64,000 nt of DNA, from positions 20,080 to 84,079 of the forward strand of contig CAWIAI010000008.1 in NCBI GenBank assembly GCA_963834025.1, read 5' to 3'. This DNA comes from an uncultured Acidobacteriota bacterium (GTDB taxonomy: Bacteria > Acidobacteriota > Terriglobia > Acidiferrales > UBA7541). Positions within the stretch are counted from its first letter, which is position 1. Each line of letters begins with the position of its first letter. Of the stretch, positions 10,088 to 19,460 are shown in pieces. The position numbers and the translations under genes are program-made. The notes under the pieces are model-generated. The model was not told the origin of the DNA and did not search any database. It worked only from the letters and a program-made list of their open reading frames with translations.

Positions 10088-11155
10088 ATGGTGATGCTCA
10101 AGAGGACAGGGCGACGTCGTAGCAGCACAGCCGTAACGATTCGGACGGTTGCTGAGCATGCGGGTGTATCCATGATGACAGTCTCGAACGTCATCAATGG
10201 CACCGGCAAGGTCAGTGACCAGACTCGCGCTAGGGTGCGTCAGGCGATTCGCAATACCGGATATGTTCCAAACTATGAGGCACGCAGGCTGGCGAGCGGC
10301 GGCTGCAGCCGAATCGCTCTGCTCTATTCAGATCAGCAGACTCCTTTCCTGGCGCAAGTCCTTCTGGCTGCGATCAATGCCAGCACAGCCTACGGGGCTC
10401 AGTTGCTCGTCCGTTCGAGCAATAGTCCAACCAAGAGATCGACCGAGAAGCTGGTGCTGAACGCTGCTCGCAGTGGTGTTCAAGGTCTGCTGCTCGTTCC
10501 GCCTTACGCCGAGCTACTCGTCGGAAGTGCGGTGCTTTCCGAAATGAAAGCAACAGCAATTACGGCCGCAGGTCCATTGCCGAGTATGAACACTGTGCGA
10601 ATTGATAATCGGTCTGCGGCTCGAAAGCTGACCACATTCCTGATTCGCCTTGGGCATCGGCGAATCGGGTTCATCAGCGGTCCGCCCACTCACGCCGACA
10701 GCCTGGAGCGGCGCGCCGGCTATCAGGACGCGTTGAGAAAAGCCGGGATTCCAGTGCAGATCGAACTCACCAGAGAGGGGGACTTCACCTTTGAGTCCGG
10801 GCGCGTTGCTGCCAAACAAATTCTCGATCTCCAGAATAGACCGACGGCGATCGTGGCCAGCAACGACGATATGGCGTCAGGCGTAGTGTGGGTGGCGCAA
10901 CAGCGGAGGCTGGAGCTTCCCGGCGATCTCTCCGTGGCCGGATTTGATGACACGCCAACGGCGCTGAAGTCCTGGCCACCACTGACAGTGATCCGACAAC
11001 CCATCGACAGGATGGTCGAGCACGGTGTCTCTTTGCTGTTGGACTCAGTGCGAACGCCTACGATGTCGGTGCCACAAGATGTCGTTTTTGACTATACGCT
11101 CGTTGAGCGCGCGTCCACGTCGGCGGTTGGTGCATCGCCAGAATCCCAAGCCTAG
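10088..11155 (+). CDS. LacI-family transcriptional regulator
   Basis: TIRTVAEHAGVSMMTVSNVIN HTH; PTAIVASNDDMA and SVAGFDD sugar-binding motifs. Confidence 0.95.
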   Translation: MVMLKRTGRRRSSTAVTIRTVAEHAGVSMMTVSNVINGTGKVSDQTRARVRQAIRNTGYVPNYEARRLASGGCSRIALLYSDQQTPFLAQVLLAAINASTAYGAQLLVRSSNSPTKRSTEKLVLNAARSGVQGLLLVPPYAELLVGSAVLSEMKATAITAAGPLPSMNTVRIDNRSAARKLTTFLIRLGHRRIGFISGPPTHADSLERRAGYQDALRKAGIPVQIELTREGDFTFESGRVAAKQILDLQNRPTAIVASNDDMASGVVWVAQQRRLELPGDLSVAGFDDTPTALKSWPPLTVIRQPIDRMVEHGVSLLLDSVRTPTMSVPQDVVFDYTLVERASTSAVGASPESQA

Positions 11156-11302
11156 TGCTATCACAGAAGTTGCGTGTAATTTGGCGAAGGATTTAGTTAG
11201 GCCTGAGAACTCCATAATTTCAAAGACATTTTGGACTCCTCGCGGTCACTAATCCGAGAACGGACCCTGCTATCAAGGGCTCGTGCGCTCATTACGCACC
11301 CA

Positions 11303-11330
11303 ACTCCCGATAAACGCGGTTACCGTCCAT
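11303..11330 (+). repeat. dif-like 28-bp site, ACGCGG spacer, hybrid inner arm
   Basis: ACTCCCGATAA-ACGCGG-TTACCGTCCAT followed by GTGG. Confidence 0.85.
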
Positions 11331-11394
11331 GTGGATTTCAAGGTTCCTCCCAGTACGCCACCTTACCCGCTCGGCGGGTTTACCGTAAAAAGCC

Positions 11395-11916
11395 TTATTC
11401 AAACGGGGCGTGAGATGCTCCGAAGCGCTTCGTCATCTTCTCGCGGAAGGTCGAATCCTCACAGAGTTTTTGAATTGAACGATCGTAGCGTTCTTTGGCC
11501 TTCGCTGCGCCTCTTTTTGAGGGACGACTCGTTTCCCACATTAGTTCTCCGACAAGAGCAGCAAGAACGTGCTCAGCGTGATGAGCTGGAGTGCCCGTCG
11601 CCACCATCTTTTCAAAGGCTGTTCTCACTTCAGGCACCTCTTCAATCTGCCCCTTAACAGCTGCATGCATGGCTACATGGGCCAGGGGACTCACGACATT
11701 GCCCTCAAACTCGACTTCATAGGGAGCCCCCTCTCGCACGTCCGCAAATTCGAGGGCGTTGTGAATGTGCTTCAGGTGCATGTGTTCTTGCATTGCCCGC
11801 GCAAACAGCTGCTCTTCCTCCGAAAGGTCAGCCATCGTGCCGGACTTTACTGCTTCATAGGTGAGCTTCTGCAGTCGCCCGGTCAATTTGCGGAGCTTCG
11901 CCAGTTGGTCGCCCAT
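11395..11916 (-). CDS. DUF1841-like protein
   Basis: RBS GAGGGA before ATG 11916. PLAHVAMHAAVKGQI...HHAEHVLAALVGELMW resembles DUF1841. Flanked by dif-like sites 11303 and 12054. Confidence 0.6.
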   Translation of the reverse strand: MGDQLAKLRKLTGRLQKLTYEAVKSGTMADLSEEEQLFARAMQEHMHLKHIHNALEFADVREGAPYEVEFEGNVVSPLAHVAMHAAVKGQIEEVPEVRTAFEKMVATGTPAHHAEHVLAALVGELMWETSRPSKRGAAKAKERYDRSIQKLCEDSTFREKMTKRFGASHAPFE

Positions 11917-12053
11917 TCCCTCTACTCCTAATGCTGTATCAACAAACGAACAGTGCGTGCGCCGATACCCCGGAGACCGCCTTTTTTTGCAGAGTGGAGT
12001 CTCTCGCGCCAACGCACTGCCTATTTCTACCATGTATCGGTACTATGAGGAAC

Positions 12054-12081
12054 CGTTTCGATTTTGCGACTTATCGGGATT
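12054..12081 (-). repeat. dif-like site, partial (outer arm and spacer conserved)
   Basis: Minus strand AATCCCGATAA-GTCGCA-AAATCGAAACG. Confidence 0.6.
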
Positions 12082-12130
12082 TAGGAGATAAGGCTATGAT
12101 GGCGACCGTCGAACGTACTGCGCTGCGACC

Positions 12131-12892
12131 ATGCCCATTCAACACAGTAAGACGACCATTGTCAGCATGGCTGTGATCGCCTCCGGAATTGCCACGTTGC
12201 TGCACGAAGGTGTCGGCCATGGCGTTGTCGCTTGGTTGCGGGGCGATATTCCTACTGAGTTGACGAGCAATCACCTGTCTGCTCTGCGGTCCGATCGATG
12301 GGTAGACGCAGGGGGAACAATCGTAAATCTGGTGGCTGGAGCCGCATCTCTGCGCATTTCGCGTTCGTTGGCAGATCGCGCGAACATTCGATACTTCTTC
12401 TGGATTCTGGGTGCGCTCAACTTGCTTCCGGGAGCCGGCTACTTCTTGTTCTCGGGAATTCTTGGATTCGGCGACTGGAATGAAGTGATTTCCGGTCTGC
12501 CCCATCCAATCGCACTTCGCATTGGCATGAGTATGTTCGGCGCCGGGTTATATGTGATGGTGGTACATCAGCTTGCCATTTTGGTGCGGCCCTTTGCACC
12601 AGATGGGCCGACGTACAACATCGTAGGCCGCTTCCCGTATTACGCGGCATGCCTGTTCAGTTGTGCTGCCGGTGCGTTCGATCCACTCGGAATAAAGTTG
12701 TTTTTCGTGTCCACGGTACCGGCCGCATTTGGAGGTTCATCGGGCTTACTGTGGGCTGATGGGCTGATGCCGAGCGCGGTGCCAGTCCAGAAACTCGTGG
12801 TGCATCGTGCGCCCGCATGGTGGATTGCTGCCGTAGTCCTGGGAACGTGTTATGCGATCTTTCTAGGCCGAGGCATACAGTTCTCCTACTAG
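12131..12892 (+). CDS. Multi-pass membrane protein with HExxH-like motif (M50-like)
   Basis: LLHEGVGH followed by several hydrophobic helices. Confidence 0.6.
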   Translation: MPIQHSKTTIVSMAVIASGIATLLHEGVGHGVVAWLRGDIPTELTSNHLSALRSDRWVDAGGTIVNLVAGAASLRISRSLADRANIRYFFWILGALNLLPGAGYFLFSGILGFGDWNEVISGLPHPIALRIGMSMFGAGLYVMVVHQLAILVRPFAPDGPTYNIVGRFPYYAACLFSCAAGAFDPLGIKLFFVSTVPAAFGGSSGLLWADGLMPSAVPVQKLVVHRAPAWWIAAVVLGTCYAIFLGRGIQFSY

Positions 12893-13254
12893 CAGGACTT
12901 TTCGCCTGAAATGCGGATAAGCACCACGCTTAGCAGACAAAGTCGATTCCGGCCAAAAACCACTTGTACGATTATCCGACGGGAGTTAACTGCTGCCCTT
13001 TCCTGTCTGGGTCTAGGGCCGGGACGAAGACGAGCCAAGGGCTTGTCGCTCAACACGTCTGGCGGGTCCATATACGATTTCCATGAGGTCGCCTTTCTTC
13101 CCCACAGCGGAATCCTCCGCATACAGCCAGTACTGCAAACCGAAGCTATCGCTGTAAACATCGCAGATAACGTTGACCTCAGATATTCCGCCCGAGCTGC
13201 GCGTGAACACCGCTGGAAACGTCACACCCAGCATAGAAACTCGCTGCTTCGGCC

Positions 13255-13578
13255 TCATGTTGATGCTCGCCAACCCGTGATGTCTTTTGCCTGTGGATGG
13301 TCGTTGAATTTACTACCCTCGCCAATGAAGAGTGGCGTTATCTTCCAGCGACTTAATTCGATATCTCGGTCTGAGCCCAAGACTTTGGCGACTAGCGTGC
13401 GATCGGAAGCATAAGGACGCAGCGGGTGAAAAACGTAGAATTTGAAGCCGGGCAATTCATTGGGATAAGGGTTTTGAGACGGCGCGGTTTTCGCAGCCGC
13501 AGGAGTTTTTACGTTTTGACCCAAACAGACGCACGCTAAACCAATCGTGAGAAGCAACACCGCAACTCTTGGCTTCAT
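13255..13578 (-). CDS. Secreted hypothetical protein (possibly truncated)
   Basis: Signal peptide MKPRVAVLLLTIGLACVCLG; short, no recognised domain. Confidence 0.45.
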   Translation of the reverse strand: MKPRVAVLLLTIGLACVCLGQNVKTPAAAKTAPSQNPYPNELPGFKFYVFHPLRPYASDRTLVAKVLGSDRDIELSRWKITPLFIGEGSKFNDHPQAKDITGWRAST

Positions 13579-13670
13579 GAACGCTTAGACACCGCGGGCG
13601 AAAGGATAGCTCTCGGGAATTCGGTTTGTTAACAGCCTCTAGGCCAACCGTCATTTCACTTTCGAATAAT

Positions 13671-13904
13671 TCAATTTCGCAGGGGTAGCTCATCGCCAAC
13701 CGTCCGGTCCGAGGTACCGGCGACAAGCTGCGCCAATTCGGATGCCGGGATTGTCGCTTGCGCAAAGCCGCACTCCAAGCAGACTAATAATCTCGGGTTC
13801 ACCCTGACGCTGGGTTTGTCCAGATTCTTGAGCCCTCCGAAATGCACAAGCATCTTAGTAGGAAATTCGGCTTGATTGCTGGAACTGCATGACGGACACA
13901 ACAT
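13671..13904 (-). CDS. Small zinc-ribbon-like protein
   Basis: RBS GGAGG, MLCPSC...LLVCLECG. Paralog of 19973-20179. Confidence 0.65.
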   Translation of the reverse strand: MLCPSCSSSNQAEFPTKMLVHFGGLKNLDKPSVRVNPRLLVCLECGFAQATIPASELAQLVAGTSDRTVGDELPLRN

Positions 13905-14077
13905 AGAACCTCCTTGGGGACAGGAGTGCGAAGAGGCAAAGCTCTGAAGGTGCAACGTACGCTAGCTTAACTGGGTTTCCGTGTGCCGTTCACGCCTTGG
14001 TTGCTCCGCCGACCAGCGCAGCCGAATCCGTGAGACTACTTGCCACCTTGGTCGCAGCCGTCGTCACAATGCGAACA

Positions 14078-14103
14078 AGTCCTGGTAAACGCGGTAACCC
14101 GAC
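14078..14103 (+). repeat. Compact double dif-like site, left part (interrupted by IS110 element B)
   Basis: AGTCCTGGTAA-ACGCGG-TAA-CCCGAC. Continues at 15679 as TTATCGGGAAT. Same layout as the uninterrupted copy at 32338-32374. Confidence 0.85.
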
Positions 14104-14176
14104 GCAATATAAAGGGCGCCCCTTGTGGAGTAAGGTTTGAGTGCTCGCTCAACCGCTCCAGAGGAGGAACGCCCTT

Positions 14177-15244
14177 ATGACCAGCACTAAATATATCGGC
14201 ATGGATGTGCACAAAGAAAGTATTTCGATTGCCGTCAGGAATGCCGCCGGCAAGGTGGTGATGGAATGCGTCATCGAAACCAAAGCCAGCATGATTCTGC
14301 AGTTCATCGACGGGCTGCGCGGAGATGTACAGGTCACCTTTGAAGAAGGCACCTCAGCCGCCTGGTTGTACGACTTGTTGAAACCGCACGTCACAAAACT
14401 GGTGGTGTGCGATCCACGAAAAAACAAGTCCATGCGAGAAGGCAACCAGAACGACAAGATTGATGCCCGCCGATTGGCGGAGCTGCTACGCCTCAATCAT
14501 CTCACTCCCGTTTATCACGGTGAGCATGGCCTACGAACCCTGAAGGAGCTGGTACGGAGTTATCTGACCATCACGAAAGATCTCGGACGGGTGATGAGCC
14601 GCGTGAAAGCCATTTATCGCAGTTGGGCCATTCCTTGTACCGGCAAACAGGTCTATGCCCCTCGGCATCGGGCCGAATGGCTCGCGAAGATCGACGAACC
14701 GGGAGTACGCCGGCGGGCCGAGTTTTATTACCAACAACTCGATGCGCTGCGAGTGGTGCGCCAGCAAGTGCGGCGGGATCTGCTGGCGGAGAGCAAGAAG
14801 CACAAAGCCTGGAAACACCTCTGTGAGATTCCCTCGATCGGGCCGATCCGCGCGGCGGTGTTGCTGGGCATTCTGCAGACCCCGCATCGTTTCCGCACGA
14901 AACGCCCGCTGTGGAATTACGGCGGTTTAGCCATCGAGATGCACAGCAGCGCCGATCACCGTAGTGTCGACGGACAACTGCAACGATCCCGGAAGAACGT
15001 CTTGGTGCGGGGCCTCAACCGCAACTGCAATCACGATCTGAAGAACCTATTTAAGGGCGCGGCCGCCGTGGCTTCCAGCAAGCCGGGCCCCTTTCAGGAG
15101 TTCTACACGGGTTTAGTGGCCAAGGGTATGAGGCCAGAGATGGCGCGACTGACCTTGGCCAGAAAGATTGCCACCATTGTTTTGCTGGTGTGGAAGAAAG
15201 GGGTGTGCTTCGACGCCCAATATCTGAAACCACAAACAGCTTGA
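14177..15244 (+). CDS. IS110-family transposase/recombinase (distinct from element A)
   Basis: RBS GAGGAGG. YIGMDVH, FEEG, NDKIDA (DEDD), EIPSIGPIRA HhH-like motif. Confidence 0.95.
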   Translation: MTSTKYIGMDVHKESISIAVRNAAGKVVMECVIETKASMILQFIDGLRGDVQVTFEEGTSAAWLYDLLKPHVTKLVVCDPRKNKSMREGNQNDKIDARRLAELLRLNHLTPVYHGEHGLRTLKELVRSYLTITKDLGRVMSRVKAIYRSWAIPCTGKQVYAPRHRAEWLAKIDEPGVRRRAEFYYQQLDALRVVRQQVRRDLLAESKKHKAWKHLCEIPSIGPIRAAVLLGILQTPHRFRTKRPLWNYGGLAIEMHSSADHRSVDGQLQRSRKNVLVRGLNRNCNHDLKNLFKGAAAVASSKPGPFQEFYTGLVAKGMRPEMARLTLARKIATIVLLVWKKGVCFDAQYLKPQTA

Positions 15245-15450
15245 GTGTCTTGATCGAATCCGCTCCATCCCGGGGATTCTCTCTGGCGGTGGCCGTGGGT
15301 TCTCGAGACACTCTGGTTCGAGAGCGAGTCTCAGCCGATTAGTTAGGCGCTGCGTGCTTCGGGCACCCAGTCTCACACCCGACTCTAGGCCCTCTCGGAT
15401 AACCAGAAAAAGCTATGGGCCACGAGTCCCGGATAGAACTATGGTCGCCA
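15245..15450 (+). ncRNA. Predicted bridge/seek RNA of element B (limits approximate)
   Basis: Stem CTGGTT-CGAGAG/CTCTCG-AACCAG encloses CCGATTAGT (15335-15343), a TTCG-capped hairpin and ACCCGAC (15377-15383), matching both sides of its target. ATAGAAC (15433-15439) matches its right end. Confidence 0.7.
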
Positions 15451-15678
15451 CTTGACCGCCGTTCTGCTTTGCTGGTTTCGGAACTGACAGGCTTCGTTGC
15501 GGACAGGCAATGAAAACCGCTGGTAGAGGAAACCCAAACCGTTGGGTCACAGTGCCCAACAACCGAGCACATGGCGCGGAAGGTCAGAACAGATCCTGCT
15601 CCATCACGTGGGCTGAGAAACAAGAAAAGTTCCAGCCAACGCAGGAGTGTTTTTTCTTGACTTCTACCTTTATAGAAC

Positions 15679-15689
15679 TTATCGGGAAT
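15679..15689 (-). repeat. Outer arm of the interrupted compact site
   Basis: TTATCGGGAAT, reverse complement ATTCCCGATAA. Confidence 0.8.
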
Positions 15690-15811
15690 TAGCCAAGCGT
15701 GGAGCAGTGGTCAGCTACCGATGAGGCTTTTGTAAGCAGCGATTCCCAGCCGCCAGCAGCTTGCGACTTTAGTGGCTGCTCGCCCAGGAGAAGCACTGTA
15801 AGAAATGACAG

Positions 15812-17029
15812 TTGGGTCCTCGCGAACCATCCACTATCCTAGCGTTCCAACGAAAACAGGTGAGTTCCAGGAATTCTATGTCCTTCATGGACAATTCGAG
15901 CCGTATTGCCGGCTCATTTTTTATCTCGGCCCCGGTGCGTTTGGCTTGGCTCGGCCTGATCGTCCTGATTTGCAGTTCTCCCAGTCGAGCACAAACGGAA
16001 CAATCACCTGCCCGTCTGGCTGTGGAGAACAACCCACCCAATTCCCCCACACCTAAGATGGCCATCGACGCGCCAGAAGATCAGCAGAAAGTCCCCGGAA
16101 CCATCACCGGAAGCGTGGTTGGCCAGGATGGAATAGCCGTGGTCGGCGCCAAGGTGAAGCTCACTCAAGAAAATCAGTCGGTCAGCCAGGAAGTTACGTC
16201 CAGTGAAGACGGTCAATTCACGTTTACGAACGTAGCGCCCGGATCGTTTCAGCTGCTGATCACCTCGGAGGGCTTCGCAGCCCATACTTCCACAGGGGAA
16301 CTGCACTCTGGGGAAAACTTCACGGTACCCCAGGTCTCGATGGTTCTTGCGACAAACGCTACTGAAATTCGTGTCGAAGTCTCGACCATCGAAATCGCGC
16401 AAGAACAGTTGAAGGATGAAGAGAAGCAGCGCGTGATGGGCGTCATTCCGAATTTTTATGTCACCTACGTCCCTAACGCAGCACCACTCACGCCCAAACA
16501 AAAATATAATCTGGCCTGGAGACTGAACATCGATCCCGTCTCATTCCTCATGGCTGGACAGACAGCGGGAATTCAGCAAGCGCAAAATGAATTCAGTGGA
16601 TATGGACAAGGCGCAGAAGGTTATGCAAAACGCTATGCGGCAACCTATGCGAACTTCACCATCAGCAACTTCCTGGGCAGCGCGGTGTTCCCCTCCATTT
16701 TCAAACAAGACCCCCGTTATTTCTACAAGGGCACAGGTACTACGAAATCTCGAGTCCTATACGCGCTAGCGAATGCGGTGATTTGCAAAAGCGACGGCGG
16801 TCACTGGCAGGTGAATTATTCGGGCATCATCGGGAGCCTGGCCTCCGGCGGCATCTCCAATCTGTTCTACCCGGCAAGCGATCGCAATGGGCCCGCATTA
16901 ACATTCGAAAATACCGCGATGAGCATCGGGAGTACCGCAATTTTCAATCTGATGCAGGAATTTGTGCTACGGAAGCTAACGCCCAAAGTTCCGAACACTC
17001 CCGACCCCACGAATCCGAACCTACCGTAA
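15812..17029 (+). CDS. Carboxypeptidase regulatory-like domain membrane protein (start may be further downstream)
   Basis: GTITGSVVGQDGIAVVGAKVKL...GQFTFTNVAPGSFQLLIT; C-terminal FKQDPRYFYKGTG segment. Confidence 0.8.
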   Translation: MGPREPSTILAFQRKQVSSRNSMSFMDNSSRIAGSFFISAPVRLAWLGLIVLICSSPSRAQTEQSPARLAVENNPPNSPTPKMAIDAPEDQQKVPGTITGSVVGQDGIAVVGAKVKLTQENQSVSQEVTSSEDGQFTFTNVAPGSFQLLITSEGFAAHTSTGELHSGENFTVPQVSMVLATNATEIRVEVSTIEIAQEQLKDEEKQRVMGVIPNFYVTYVPNAAPLTPKQKYNLAWRLNIDPVSFLMAGQTAGIQQAQNEFSGYGQGAEGYAKRYAATYANFTISNFLGSAVFPSIFKQDPRYFYKGTGTTKSRVLYALANAVICKSDGGHWQVNYSGIIGSLASGGISNLFYPASDRNGPALTFENTAMSIGSTAIFNLMQEFVLRKLTPKVPNTPDPTNPNLP

Positions 17030-17136
17030 ATTTGTGATTATTTTGGCGGATGATGATGAAACAGGTGAGGCGACCCTAGTTTGTTTGCGGGAGGCAAGCT
17101 AAATAACCGAAATGCTGTTGAGCTTTCGAATCGAGG

Positions 17137-18607
17137 GAGGATGGCCCACATTTAGTTGAAAGTTAAGAACAAGAAGCAGCGGCTCTCGCCCGAACTCGGA
17201 TAGAGTTCGGGTTGCGAATCCCTTTGAAAGGAGAGAGCCGCCGTGAGCAAGAAATACCAGAGGAAAGAGCGCAAGTCCAATCACAAGTTCGAGGTTGTCG
17301 GTGGGCGGGAGTTGCTGGTGCGGGTACCTTTGCCATTGGCTGAGGTGTGGGCGGAGATGCAAGCACAGGTAGAAGAGTTGACCGGGCACGCCGGACTGCA
17401 GATCCTAAGAGCCATCCTGGAAAATGAAGTCACTGGCCGGGTAGGACCTCCGCATCGCCCAAATCCTACAGCGGGTTGTGTGCGTTGGGGAAAGCAGCCG
17501 GGTTATGTGGTTTTTGCTGGACAGAAAATCCCACTGGAACGACCTCGGGTACGAACGCGCGAGGGCCAGGAAGTGGAGCTGGAGAGCTATGGTCAGTTGC
17601 AGCAAGACGGAAAACTGCAACGAGCGGTGCGGGAGCGCCTGGTGGCCGGGTTGTCCACACGGAACTATCGACGAGCAGTGGAGAGTGTTGTGGAAGGGTA
17701 CGGGATCGCGAAAAGCAGCGTGAGCCGGCAGTTCGTAGAGGCCAGTAGCCATCAGTTGCGAGTGCTATGCGAGCGACGATTGGAGGATCTGAACCTGGTG
17801 GTGCTGATGATCGATGGCATTCACTTGGGTGGCCAGGTACTGGTGGTAGCGCTGGGGATCGCGGAAAGCGGAGAAAAGCACGTTTTGGGAGTGTGGCAAG
17901 GAGCCACGGAGAACACCACGGTGGTCAAAGGGCTGTTGGAAGATCTGGTGGACCGCGGACTGGATCTGCAGCGGCGGTATCTGGTGGTGATGGATGGATC
18001 GAAAGCGCTGCGAGCCGGTGTAGAACGTGTTTTCGGTGAACAAGTGGAAGTGCAGCGCTGCCAGATTCACAAGCGGCGGAATGTGAAGGAGTACCTGCCA
18101 GAGAACTGCCAGAAAGACTACGATCGGCGAATGCGCAATGCCTACGCGATGAACAACTACGCGGAGGCCCAAGAGACGCTACAGAAAATCTTCCGGCAAC
18201 TGGAAAGAATCAATCCGAGCGCTGCCCGGAGCTTGGAGGAAGGGCTGGAAGAAACGCTGACGGTACATCGCTTGGGAGTAGGAGCGGTGTTGCGGCGGAA
18301 ACTGGCCACTACCAATCCGATCGAATCGTGCTTGTCGACCGTTCAGCGGGTGGCGCGGAACGTAAAACGTTGGCGCGAAGGAAATCAGCCGCTGCGCTGG
18401 ACCGCCACCGGACTCTTGGAAGCAGAAAAGAAGTTCCGACGCATCAAAGGCTATCAAGAAATCTTGTTGCTGAAGGAACGTTTGAATCCGTCGCGCATTC
18501 AGCAGAAGGAGGTCCGGGCAGTAGAAGTCGCTTGAACTTGGTTGTAGGTAGACTTACAGTGCCGAACAGCGAGAGTCGCTGCAATCAACTAAAACTCGGA
18601 CATCCTC
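17137..18607 (+). mobile_element. IS256-family element
   Basis: Terminal IR GAGGATGGCCCACATTTAGTTGA / TCAACTAAAACTCGGACATCCTC around the transposase. No target duplication recognised. Confidence 0.85.
17243..18535 (+). CDS. IS256-family (mutator-like) DDE transposase
   Basis: VLMIDGIH, VVMDGSKAL, QRCQIHKRRN, TTNPIES motifs. Confidence 0.95.
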   Translation: MSKKYQRKERKSNHKFEVVGGRELLVRVPLPLAEVWAEMQAQVEELTGHAGLQILRAILENEVTGRVGPPHRPNPTAGCVRWGKQPGYVVFAGQKIPLERPRVRTREGQEVELESYGQLQQDGKLQRAVRERLVAGLSTRNYRRAVESVVEGYGIAKSSVSRQFVEASSHQLRVLCERRLEDLNLVVLMIDGIHLGGQVLVVALGIAESGEKHVLGVWQGATENTTVVKGLLEDLVDRGLDLQRRYLVVMDGSKALRAGVERVFGEQVEVQRCQIHKRRNVKEYLPENCQKDYDRRMRNAYAMNNYAEAQETLQKIFRQLERINPSAARSLEEGLEETLTVHRLGVGAVLRRKLATTNPIESCLSTVQRVARNVKRWREGNQPLRWTATGLLEAEKKFRRIKGYQEILLLKERLNPSRIQQKEVRAVEVA

Positions 18608-18699
18608 GCGCGGCAGCGCTCTCAATTGACAACTGCTGACTCCGTCGCAGATACTGCCATCTGCGCATGTAGGAAGCAACGGCAGGTCGCCGAAGGGCA

Positions 18700-19392
18700 A
18701 TGCCCACCTACGATCCCATCGTGGAGGCCTACATGCCCAATCTAGCGAACCTTAAAAAACAAGCTAAGCTCATATTGCGCTGGCATCGTGAACGGCACTA
18801 TCCCGTCGCCGCACAAATCCGAGCGCTTTTGCCTCGTTTCTTGAAGATGCCCGATTCGGAGGTTCTTGCGGCGAGCTTTAAGCTCAGCGATGCGCAAGAA
18901 ATGGTCGCAAGACAGCACGGCTTCGATAGTTGGCAAGCCCTGAAAGCTGGCCTTCCCACCAAGTCGCGTGAGGTCAAATCGTCGCCAGGTAAAGCCACAT
19001 CGAGGGCGACGATTGTCTGTGCAGAGCCGCAGCTGCTCGTAACTGATATCAAGAGATCATGCGAATTTTTCGCTAAGAAGTTAGGCTTTTCGCTCACATT
19101 CAGTTACGGCGATCCGCCCTACTACGCACAGATGGGTCGCGACGCCGCGCGTCTCAATCTTAGGTGTGTCGAGGGGCACATAATCGAGTCGGCGATCCGT
19201 GATCGTGAGGAACTGCTGTCAGTATCTATGACCGTCGCTACAGCGGACGAGATCAAGCTATTGTTTCTTGAATTTCAGTCCGCTGGTGTTGCCTTCCAGC
19301 AGACGCTGAAGAAGCAGCCTTGGGGCGCGAAGAATTTCATCGTCAAAGATCCAGATGGGAATCTGCTGCTGTTTGCCGGTCCGACGAACTAG
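18700..19392 (+). CDS. VOC/glyoxalase (bleomycin-resistance-like) protein with N-terminal helical domain
   Basis: NLKKQAK...AQEMVARQHGFDSW N-terminus; QPWGAKNFIVKDPDGNLLLF C-terminus. Confidence 0.85.
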   Translation: MPTYDPIVEAYMPNLANLKKQAKLILRWHRERHYPVAAQIRALLPRFLKMPDSEVLAASFKLSDAQEMVARQHGFDSWQALKAGLPTKSREVKSSPGKATSRATIVCAEPQLLVTDIKRSCEFFAKKLGFSLTFSYGDPPYYAQMGRDAARLNLRCVEGHIIESAIRDREELLSVSMTVATADEIKLLFLEFQSAGVAFQQTLKKQPWGAKNFIVKDPDGNLLLFAGPTN

Positions 19393-19407
19393 CAGCCACT
19401 AAGCCTA

Positions 19408-19435
19408 AGTCCCGATAAACGCGGTTACCGGAGAA
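19408..19435 (+). repeat. dif-like 28-bp site, ACGCGG spacer type
   Basis: AGTCCCGATAA-ACGCGG-TTACCGGAGAA, 16 bp after the VOC stop codon. Confidence 0.9.
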
Positions 19436-19460
19436 GTGAAAATCCGGCCAAAACCACATG

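Larger units (their letters stand above)
14104..15678 (+). mobile_element. IS110/IS1111-type element B
   Basis: AC core duplicated at 14102-14103 and 15677-15678. Sub-terminal IR TATAAAGG/CCTTTATA. 434-bp 3' non-coding region. Removing it restores the repeat site. Confidence 0.9.
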
